The position numbers and the translations under genes were made by a program. A DNA stretch of 64,000 bases from Chloroflexota bacterium (GTDB taxonomy: Bacteria > Chloroflexota > Limnocylindria > Limnocylindrales > CSP1-4), in contig CANJLL010000002.1 of the NCBI GenBank assembly GCA_947475545.1, positions 144,950-208,949 on the forward strand, written 5' to 3'. Below are positions 9,370 to 17,125 of this stretch, in pieces (the stretch's first letter is position 1; every line of letters begins with the position of its first letter). The notes below the pieces were generated by a model. It worked only from the letters and a program-made list of their open reading frames with translations, had not been told where the DNA came from and ran no database searches.

Positions 9370-10407
9370 ATGACGATCACCAAGTCGGGAAGAGGACGTC
9401 CCAGCCGGGCGTACGTCCTCGCCCAGGTCGACATCGGGATGCAGGATCTCGCGCGAGCCGGAGGGCTCCCAAGCCCAACCGAGAACGAGCAGATCTGGCG
9501 TGACATCTGGTTCGAGGAGGCTCACCACAGCACGGCCATCGAAGGCAACACCCTCGTGCTGAAGGAGGTCCGAACCCTCCTCGCCGAGGGTCGGTCCGTC
9601 GGGAACAAGGAGCTCTGCGAGTACCTCGACGTTCAAGGCTATGCCAGGGCGGCCGAATGGGTCTACTCGCAGGCCTTGGGACCGGGTGACGCGGCGTGGG
9701 AGGGCAGGGGGCGCATCTCCCGAACGGAGCTCCGCGAGATCCATCGCCTGGCCGTTGGCCTTTCCTGGGACGTCTGTCCGCCGGACCACCCGCCACTCGA
9801 TCCGCGCGAGCGGGCCGGCAGCTGGCGCGTCCACGACATCGCGGCGTTCGCCGATGGCATGGTCCCACCGCCCTGGACGGAGGTGGACGCCCGGGTCTCG
9901 GACCGGCTCGCCGCCATCGATGCGGGACCCGGTGAGGGCGAGCACATCCTCGTCCACCTCGCGCGGATGCACAACGGGTTCGAGCGCATCCACCCGTTCC
10001 GCGACGGCAATGGGCGCGCCGGACGCCTGGTCCTGAACCTGCTGCTGGTTCGGGCAGGCTACCCGCCCACGGTCGTGCGCAAGGCCGGGCGGACTCGCTA
10101 CCTGCTCGCCATGCGCAGGGCCGACCGGGATGATCCCGGGCCGCTCGCCGAGCTGATCGCCCGCGGCGTCAAGGAGAGCCTGGACCGGTTCCTCCTCCCC
10201 AACCTGGCTGGGCCCGTGAAGCTGCTACCCCTGTCGGCACTCGAACGTCCCGGCCTGACGGTGAGGGGCCTTCGTTCCGCCGCCGAAAAGGGCACGCTGC
10301 GCGCGCAGCGTGACGGCGCCGGGCGGTGGATGAGCAGCGCCCGCTGGATCGACGAGTACCGCGCGGCCAGGCGAATGGGACGCCCGCCGAAGGCGCCCGA
10401 GGCATGA
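9370..10407 (+). CDS. Fic-family protein (Fic_N IEGN motif + HPFRDGNGRAGR core)
   Basis: ATG at 9370 (MTITKSGRGRP...). Its stop overlaps the next gene's ATG (ATGA). Confidence 0.8.
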   Translation: MTITKSGRGRPSRAYVLAQVDIGMQDLARAGGLPSPTENEQIWRDIWFEEAHHSTAIEGNTLVLKEVRTLLAEGRSVGNKELCEYLDVQGYARAAEWVYSQALGPGDAAWEGRGRISRTELREIHRLAVGLSWDVCPPDHPPLDPRERAGSWRVHDIAAFADGMVPPPWTEVDARVSDRLAAIDAGPGEGEHILVHLARMHNGFERIHPFRDGNGRAGRLVLNLLLVRAGYPPTVVRKAGRTRYLLAMRRADRDDPGPLAELIARGVKESLDRFLLPNLAGPVKLLPLSALERPGLTVRGLRSAAEKGTLRAQRDGAGRWMSSARWIDEYRAARRMGRPPKAPEA

Positions 10408-11648
10408 GCCGGGCCCGCCCCGGGCCGGACAACAACGCCGGCCTCCGCCTCGCCCTGGCCGAGCGCCTGGCCCTCGTCGGCGCCCACCCCGACGACCCCG
10501 ATGAGCTGAGCGCCCGCAAGGCCACGCTGGTCATCGCCACCACCCTGGTCGTGGTGCTCGCGACCGTGTGGGTGGGCATGTACCTGGCGTTGGGTCTGCC
10601 CGGCTCCGCGGCCATCCCATTCGCGTACCAGCTGCTCTCGATCACGGGGCTGGTGTTGTTCGCCCGAACGCGCAGCTGGGCCCGCTTCCGCGCCAGCCAG
10701 CTCTTCCTGATCACGCTGCTGCCGTTCGCGCTGCAATGGAGCCTGGGTGGCTACGGGGCCAGCAGCGCGGTGAGCCTCTGGGCGCTGGAGGGCGCGCTGG
10801 GGGCGCCGTTCTTCCTGCCGGCGGCCGAGGCCGTCCCCTGGTTCGTCCTGTTCGTGGGGCTCACCGTGGTCTCCGGGCTCATCGACCCCGCGCTGGCCGC
10901 CCATCCCGCCGCCATCCCGGGCGCCCTCCGGACGGCCTTCTACGTCCTCAATGTCACCGGCGTTTCGCTGACCGCGTTCCTGCTGCTCCAGTACTCCGTG
11001 CGCGCCCGCGAGGCAGCGCTGGCACGCTCAGACAGCCTGCTGCTCAACATCCTGCCCGCCACCATCGCCCGCCGGCTCAAGCGGAGCACCGGCATCATCG
11101 CCCAGGATCACCCGGACGTGACGGTTCTGTTTGCGGACGTCGCCGGGTTCACCCCGTTCGTCCAGCGGACGTCCGCCGCGGAGGTGATCGGCGTGCTCAA
11201 CGATGTGTTCAGCGCCTTCGACCGCCTAGCCGAGCGCCACGGGCTGGAGAAGATCAAGACGATCGGCGACGCGTACATGGTGGTGGCCGGGGTGCCGGAG
11301 CCGCGGGCGGATCACGCGCAGGCGGCCGCCGACTTTGCCCTCGAGATGCAGTCGGCCATGGCCGAGGTCAGCCGTTCGCACGGCCTCGACCTGCAGGTCC
11401 GCGTCGGGATGGCTACCGGGCCCGTGATCGCCGGCGTCATCGGCGAGCGCAAGTTCGCCTACGACGTCTGGGGCGATACCGTGAACACGGCGAGCCGGAT
11501 GGAATCGCACGGGATCCCCGGGCGCATCCAGGTGACGGAGGCCATACACGCGGCGCTGCGCGACGAGTTCCGCTTCGAGCAGCGCGGCGAGATCGAGGTC
11601 AAGGGCAAGGGTCCCATGCGGACCTGGCTGCTGGTGGGACGGGCGTAG
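10404..11648 (+). CDS. membrane-anchored class III adenylate/guanylate cyclase
   Basis: About 6 TM helices at the N-terminus, then a CHD domain (VTVLFADVAGFT...KTIGDAYMVVAG...GDTVNTASRMES). The ATG at 10404 overlaps the Fic stop. Confidence 0.85.
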   Translation: MSRARPGPDNNAGLRLALAERLALVGAHPDDPDELSARKATLVIATTLVVVLATVWVGMYLALGLPGSAAIPFAYQLLSITGLVLFARTRSWARFRASQLFLITLLPFALQWSLGGYGASSAVSLWALEGALGAPFFLPAAEAVPWFVLFVGLTVVSGLIDPALAAHPAAIPGALRTAFYVLNVTGVSLTAFLLLQYSVRAREAALARSDSLLLNILPATIARRLKRSTGIIAQDHPDVTVLFADVAGFTPFVQRTSAAEVIGVLNDVFSAFDRLAERHGLEKIKTIGDAYMVVAGVPEPRADHAQAAADFALEMQSAMAEVSRSHGLDLQVRVGMATGPVIAGVIGERKFAYDVWGDTVNTASRMESHGIPGRIQVTEAIHAALRDEFRFEQRGEIEVKGKGPMRTWLLVGRA

Positions 11649-11955
11649 CGCCGAGGACCGGCTGGCCCGTCAGGGCGGCCAGGGTCAGGCCGACGAGGGC
11701 TAGGACGAAGGGCGCTAGACGCTCACGCATTCCTGGGTTCGAATTCCTGATCTGATCCACTCGTCCTCCTTGCCGGGAGGATACGGCCGAGCCGATGGAA
11801 GAGCACGTGCACCAGCCCCGGCGGGGCTGGCTTCGGTGGTAGGCTGGCGCCCGAACGTGGTGTCCCAGCGTCGGGGCCCTCCGCGGTCGACCGTCGCGCG
11901 CCTGCACGAGCGCCGCCGGATCATCGCTGAACGCCAACCTGGTGGAACCCGACCG

Positions 11956-12807
11956 ATGCCCTTCGCGCGACGACAGTCAGAGACGATCGAGGACGTGATC
12001 GCCGTCATGGATGGCATCATCGAGGCCGCGATCCTCCATCCCAACCGGCTCGGCTACTTCGCCTCGCTGTATCGCGCAGTCACCGTCGTCGTCAAGGAAC
12101 GTTGCGACGCCGCCGACCTGTTCGACGACAACGACCGGATGCGCCGGCTGGACATCGTGTTCGCCAACCGGTACTTCGACGCCTTCTTCGCCGAACACGA
12201 CGGAGGAAGCTGCACGGGCGCCTGGAAGGCGGCGTTCGACAATGCCCCCGACCGGCGCATGCTCATCCTCCAGCATCTCCTCCTGGGGGTGAACGCCCAC
12301 ATCGCCCTCGATCTGGGGATTGCCGCCGCCACGATCGCCCGGGAGTACGACGGCCTGACCCAGTCGCTGGAAGACGACTTCACCCGCCTGAACCACCTGC
12401 TGGGCAGCATGGTGGACATGGTTCAACAGGACATCGGCGAGCTGTCGCCCTTGATCAAGTACGCCGACCGGTTGACGTGGCGTGTCGATGAAGCATTCGT
12501 GAGCTTCAGCATCAACATCGCCCGGAACAAGGCGTGGGCCTTCGCGCGCAGCCTGGTCGAGCTCCCGGCTGCCGACTGGAATCAGGCGATCACGGCCCGT
12601 GATGCCAAGGTGGAGCGGTTCGGCCGGCATGTGATCGGGGGGCGCACGGTTCCGTTCGCACCGCTCGTCTGGATCGTCAACCTGCGTGAAAGCAAGGATG
12701 TCCGCCGCGTCGTCACGACGCTCAGCAGCGAGACGTCGCAGGCGATGGTCCGTCAGCGCCTGGCAGTATCGCCAGCGCCACGAAACCCAGGGGTGCCGAC
12801 GGGTTGA
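11956..12807 (+). CDS. conserved hypothetical protein
   Basis: ATG at 11956 (MPFARRQSETIEDVIAVMDGII). Globular; no recognisable motif. Confidence 0.55.
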   Translation: MPFARRQSETIEDVIAVMDGIIEAAILHPNRLGYFASLYRAVTVVVKERCDAADLFDDNDRMRRLDIVFANRYFDAFFAEHDGGSCTGAWKAAFDNAPDRRMLILQHLLLGVNAHIALDLGIAAATIAREYDGLTQSLEDDFTRLNHLLGSMVDMVQQDIGELSPLIKYADRLTWRVDEAFVSFSINIARNKAWAFARSLVELPAADWNQAITARDAKVERFGRHVIGGRTVPFAPLVWIVNLRESKDVRRVVTTLSSETSQAMVRQRLAVSPAPRNPGVPTG

Positions 12808-12954
12808 CGCCGGCGTGGCTGGCGCGGGCTGCGATGCCCGGCTGACGACGCGCCCGCGCCACAGGCGAACCCAACGGCCAGCTGATCGGTCATGGAGTCT
12901 CGATTGGCCGACTTGAGTCGAGCTCCACGGACACCTGGTCCGGGAGGTGGCCCG

Positions 12955-13299
12955 TCAGGGAATCTCGTCCGCGGCCTCGAGCCTGGGCCGCCGGCGGCTT
13001 GGACGGGCGTCGGCGTCCTGCAGTCGCCGGCCGAGCAGGTCATCGGCCGCGAGGTGGTCCAGGTCTGCCTCCAGGCCCAGGACCCCCAGCGCGCGGACCA
13101 GGACACCCAGGCTCACGGTCATGTCGCCGCGCTCAAGCGAGCGCAGGGTGGGGCGAGACACCCCGATCCGCTCGGCCATCTCGGTCGCCGACATGCGCCG
13201 ACGAAGACGAGCGTGGCGAATGCGCTCGCCGAGGTTGGACGCCAGCCGCCGGTAGCGCGGGTAGAGGGGCGGAACCTGGTTCGGCATGGCAAACAACAT
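12955..13299 (-). CDS. XRE-family HTH transcriptional regulator
   Basis: HTH ...IRHARLRRRMSATEMAERIGVSRPTLRSLERG. The start is M35 or M39 (13299 or 13287). Confidence 0.7.
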   Translation of the reverse strand: MLFAMPNQVPPLYPRYRRLASNLGERIRHARLRRRMSATEMAERIGVSRPTLRSLERGDMTVSLGVLVRALGVLGLEADLDHLAADDLLGRRLQDADARPSRRRPRLEAADEIP

Positions 13300-13687
13300 A
13301 TCCGTTAGCGCCACTACCGACAACTCTATCGTCCACTCTGAGCGCCTGACGCGGCGGAGCGCACAGCGCCGCGGTCGATCATCCGATGCGGCTGTCGCCA
13401 CAGGGTGCGGTTCGCCACGTAGCAGCCGGGATGGCGTTGCGCGCCGGTTCGGAACTGATTCCCGTCCCTCAGCAGTGGACGTGGTGGTACGTCCGCCCGG
13501 GGCGTCGGCAGGCGGCCAAACTCCCGGCCGCCACGCTCAGGAGCGCGGCTCGGACGCCGGGAAGGACCGCTCCATTCGGTTACCACCACGGGGAGTGGGA
13601 GGCGGGGGGAAGCCCGCGCGAAGGCGGCGGCTGGGGCCCCCGGGCGCCCAGGAAGGTCAGACTCCGGCAACCCGGCGCCCGGCGTGC

Positions 13688-14191
13688 CTACATCGACGTG
13701 GGTAGCTTCCCCTGGATGCCCAGCACCTTCTTGCCCAGGCGATGCGCGAAGTCACTGGTCTGGCCGTACATCAGCGGGCAGGCGCCGGCGATGCAGTCCA
13801 TCCCGGCCTCCTTGCAGGCCGTGTGGGCTTCGTCCGTGAGCGAGCCCTCGCCGAACGAGTCGTGCATCCAGACCCGGGTGATCCCCAGGTGCCAGCACTC
13901 CGCGACCACCGCCGCGGTCCGAGCCTTGGGCGTGGCGATGACCACCGCGTCGACGCCATCGGGGATGGCCGACAGGTTGGGGTAGCAGGCGTCGCCGTCG
14001 ATGCTGAAGGAGACGGGGTTGACGGCGAAGACCTCGTAGCCGCGCTCCTTGAGGCGGCCGTAGATCATGTTGGCGCCGTGCTTCCCCACGCCCTCGCGCG
14101 AGACGCCGGCGATGGCGATGCGCCTCTGGGCCAGGAAGTCATTGATGGCCTGGTCGACGCTGAGCTTTGGCTTCTGCGTGAGCGGCGGCAT
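13688..14191 (-). CDS. CoA-binding domain protein (YccU-like)
   Basis: IAIAGVSRE..KHGANMI...GYEVFAVNP; the fold is typical of PF13380. Confidence 0.8.
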   Translation of the reverse strand: MPPLTQKPKLSVDQAINDFLAQRRIAIAGVSREGVGKHGANMIYGRLKERGYEVFAVNPVSFSIDGDACYPNLSAIPDGVDAVVIATPKARTAAVVAECWHLGITRVWMHDSFGEGSLTDEAHTACKEAGMDCIAGACPLMYGQTSDFAHRLGKKVLGIQGKLPTSM

Positions 14192-14812
14192 GGGGACCTA
14201 CCTCGCTGACCCGGGCTGCGCCGTAGCTCCCGCAACCCGCGGACTCCTGTCCGCCCACGGTACGCCTTCCCCCGCCATGACGGGCCAGTGCCCAAGTACC
14301 CATGCCGCGGGGGCCGGATGGACGGGTTACGGGACCGCGCCACGCGGGATCGGGCCGGCGGCGCCTTGCGGCGGCGGATCTTCCGGCCGACCCGAGGCGC
14401 CAGGCAGGTTGGCGCATCGGGATGTTCCCCCCGGATACAACCTGACGAGAATCGCGCTACCGATCGGGCTTCGGGGTCGACATTTGCCGGGTCGACCCCC
14501 CAACTCCGGTGATTCTGTACCGGCAAGGAACCAATTCGGCGATTTCTGGCCTCTTGGGCCTGCCAGTGGGGGAATCAACGACAGGTTGTCCTCCACGGGA
14601 ACATCCGTCGGGCCGGACGGCCCGGACGGGGTCCGCGTGGCCCGGCTCCGCATGGCAAGTGCCACGGACCCGCTCCGCATGGCCCGCGTCGGCGGGGGCC
14701 CGATCGCGAAGCGCGCGACGGAGCATCGGGCCGAACGCCAACGGCATCGGGCGGGCGCTGGTACTTCCGGGTCGTGGTGCGGATTGCGGCGGACTGCGAC
14801 GGTCCGGGTGCG
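14192..14812 (+). promoter_or_regulatory. long (~620 bp) non-coding leader upstream of a secreted peptidase gene, a candidate structured cis-regulatory RNA
   Basis: No credible ORF. It holds a perfect 9-bp palindrome GGGGTCGAC-N9-GTCGACCCC (~14470-14505) and G-rich blocks (GGGGGAATCA, CCACGGGAAC, CCGGACGGGGTCC). Confidence 0.35.
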
Positions 14813-16354
14813 ATGTTTCCCGGCCGTCACCCCAGCCCCAGCCGGTTGGCGGCCTCTCCAGACAACGTACGCCGAGGTCCCCGCTTGCCCCAGTTCGCGC
14901 CCAGGCGCGCCCGTGGCCTCACGCGCGCACGCGCCGTCGTCCTGGTGGCGGCATCGATGCTCGCCCTGCTCACACCCTCGGCCGCCTCCGCCGCCTCCCC
15001 GCAGCCGTTCCCCGGCTACCAGCCCGCCTTCGTGACCGAGCGCGAAGACGGGCCCTGGCGGGACTGCGTCTGGGCGTCCGCCGCGATGCTCCTGGACAAG
15101 TGGACGAGCGGGGAGACGATCGTCAGCCGCCAGCGGCTCCGGGCCCTGTCCGGCGATGGTCAGGGCGGCTCGGGCCTCAGGGAGGTGCGGGCCGCGTTTG
15201 CGCGGCTGGGATTCCGCCTCACGATCTCGCCGTACGACAGCGTGGCCATCGACTGGCCCGATCTCCTGGATCGCCTTGCCGCGGGCGGCGGGGCGATCCT
15301 GCTGGGCGACGACGGCCTGCTGCCGGCCCAGTTCGGCCGGTGGGATCCCGTCTTCTGGGGCCGAACCGGCGACCTGGACGACCATGCGCTCTACCTGGAC
15401 GGCTACGACCGGGAGACCGGCAGGATCCTGGTCATGGACCCGCTGGCTCCCGCCGACTGGGGCGGTGAATGGATCCCCGTCTCGGCGCTCAAGCGGTTTG
15501 CCTGGCGGAACGGCAACGGCGCCCTCTCGGTGGCCATCACGCCGCCCGCGCTGACATCGTCGTTCCAGGGCGTCACGCTGGGGGCCCCAACGGCCACAGC
15601 CGATGCCGCCGCGGTGCATCTGGCGTGGCCGATCGGGGCCGCTCCCGCCGGGTGGACCGACCAGGGCACCAGGCTCACCACGCAGATCGTGCCGGTCGAG
15701 GTCATGGACCCGCTGGCCTGGATCGTGAGGGCGCTCCCCGCGAACGCCGCCGCCCGTCTGCGGGCGGACGCCGTCATGTCCAGTGCCGACGGGTTGCTCA
15801 GGGCTTCGATCCCGCTGCCGGCGGCGTCGGGGATCTACAGCGTCTCCGTCTCGCTGGCGGATCAGGTCCTGGGCCAGCTGGTGGCCGCCGCCGGGCCGTT
15901 CAACCTGTATTTCCCCGGCCCGCGAGCGGCCGCCTACGAGATCCCCGACCGCGTCGTGGCCGCCGCCGGGTCGCTGGCGTATATCCCCGTCAGGGTCACC
16001 AATGCGGGCAGCGAATCATGGGCGGAAGTGCCGTTCGTTCCCTGGCTGTCACCCGTCGACCAGGGCTGTCGGAACATGCGGCTGACCGGTAGCTGGGTGC
16101 GCGATCCGTCCACGACGCCCGCGGGCGCCGCCTTGCCAAGGCCGCCCGCGTCCTTCGACCTGGGCGCCCTCCACCTGGAAGCCGGCGACTCGAAGACGAT
16201 CGATGCCGCCGTCCGAATGCCGGTGAACGCGGGCTCCTGGCGGCTGGTCTTCGACCTGGTCGACGACCTTGGCCAATCGCTGGCGGTCACGGGCTCGGCG
16301 CCCGGGGTGATCATCGTGGAGACGGTTGGGCCAGGGCCGGTGGGCGGGCAGTAG
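14813..16354 (+). CDS. secreted protein with N-terminal papain-fold (C39/NlpC-like) cysteine peptidase-like domain
   Basis: Signal peptide ...RARAVVLVAASMLALLTPSAASAAS. Candidate catalytic Cys (WRDCVWASAAMLL) and His (DDHALYLDGYD). The start could be a downstream TTG. Confidence 0.6.
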   Translation: MFPGRHPSPSRLAASPDNVRRGPRLPQFAPRRARGLTRARAVVLVAASMLALLTPSAASAASPQPFPGYQPAFVTEREDGPWRDCVWASAAMLLDKWTSGETIVSRQRLRALSGDGQGGSGLREVRAAFARLGFRLTISPYDSVAIDWPDLLDRLAAGGGAILLGDDGLLPAQFGRWDPVFWGRTGDLDDHALYLDGYDRETGRILVMDPLAPADWGGEWIPVSALKRFAWRNGNGALSVAITPPALTSSFQGVTLGAPTATADAAAVHLAWPIGAAPAGWTDQGTRLTTQIVPVEVMDPLAWIVRALPANAAARLRADAVMSSADGLLRASIPLPAASGIYSVSVSLADQVLGQLVAAAGPFNLYFPGPRAAAYEIPDRVVAAAGSLAYIPVRVTNAGSESWAEVPFVPWLSPVDQGCRNMRLTGSWVRDPSTTPAGAALPRPPASFDLGALHLEAGDSKTIDAAVRMPVNAGSWRLVFDLVDDLGQSLAVTGSAPGVIIVETVGPGPVGGQ

Positions 16355-16358
16355 GGAT

Positions 16359-17087
16359 CTAACCCGCTGTGATTGGTTTGAGGACGAAGACTATGGCCCT
16401 GTACTCGCGACCGTCTTTGACAGTCCGCTCAGCCTCATGCCTGAGATACTCAAACCGACCACCGTAGCGGTAGACCTCGCCGAGCTTCTGGAAGAGGTGC
16501 AGTCGGGGACTTCGGTCAATCACGGCTCGGTTGTGGGCCGTCAAGACCATGTCTCCCTCACCGCTCCACGCGCCGTAGTAGCGGTACAACCCAGCCTCCC
16601 AGCGGTCTCGGTATCCATGCTCGTGGGCGGCATTGGGGTCAGAAAAGAGCATGGTGAAGGCGGCGCCGGCTGGAGAACTGATTCCCGTCTGGCGATTGCC
16701 ACCGAACCGATCATGTAGGTGCGTCCGCCGATATGTGTCACCAACAACGAGCGCGCCTTCGGGATCCGCGAGCGGCCCGTCATGGGCCACAACGCGTGGC
16801 TTTCGTTTGTCGGGCCGGGTCGGCGCCCCCAGCTGACCCAGAACGGCCTCCAGGTCGCGTTCAACCTGTGACGATAGGGGCGATCGAAGGGCTGCTCGTA
16901 GGCAACGGACCGCCTCGACGCCTGCTCCGAATTCGGCGGTGCGCGCGATTGTTCGGACGGCGAACGCCGCCATGACCGGATCTCGCAGCCAAGGTTCCAG
17001 CGCGGCGATCGCTGCCGCGCCATGTTTGGCAATGGGGTCACGAAACTCAATCCTCACGGCCGGAGGAGATTCGGTCGCACCAACCAT
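16359..17087 (-). CDS. SRA/YDG-like (PUA-superfamily) modified-base reader domain protein
   Basis: C-terminal half: VGDTYRRTHLHDRFGGNRQTGIS...YRDRWEAGLYRYYGAWSGEG...YRYGGRFEYLRHE...YRAIVFVLKP, matching SRA hallmarks. ATG at 17087, 38 nt after the upstream helicase stop. Confidence 0.6.
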   Translation of the reverse strand: MVGATESPPAVRIEFRDPIAKHGAAAIAALEPWLRDPVMAAFAVRTIARTAEFGAGVEAVRCLRAALRSPLSSQVERDLEAVLGQLGAPTRPDKRKPRVVAHDGPLADPEGALVVGDTYRRTHLHDRFGGNRQTGISSPAGAAFTMLFSDPNAAHEHGYRDRWEAGLYRYYGAWSGEGDMVLTAHNRAVIDRSPRLHLFQKLGEVYRYGGRFEYLRHEAERTVKDGREYRAIVFVLKPITAG

Positions 17088-17125
17088 CGCCTGGTGAAGC
17101 GTTAGGTCACTCGGATCGATTGGCA

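Noticed and set aside
14067-15619. ORFs 14067..15035 (+) and 14327..15619 (-) spanning the long leader and the peptidase gene
   Set aside because: The translations are Arg/Gly/Pro-rich nonsense. The region is better explained as a non-coding leader plus the plus-strand secreted peptidase.
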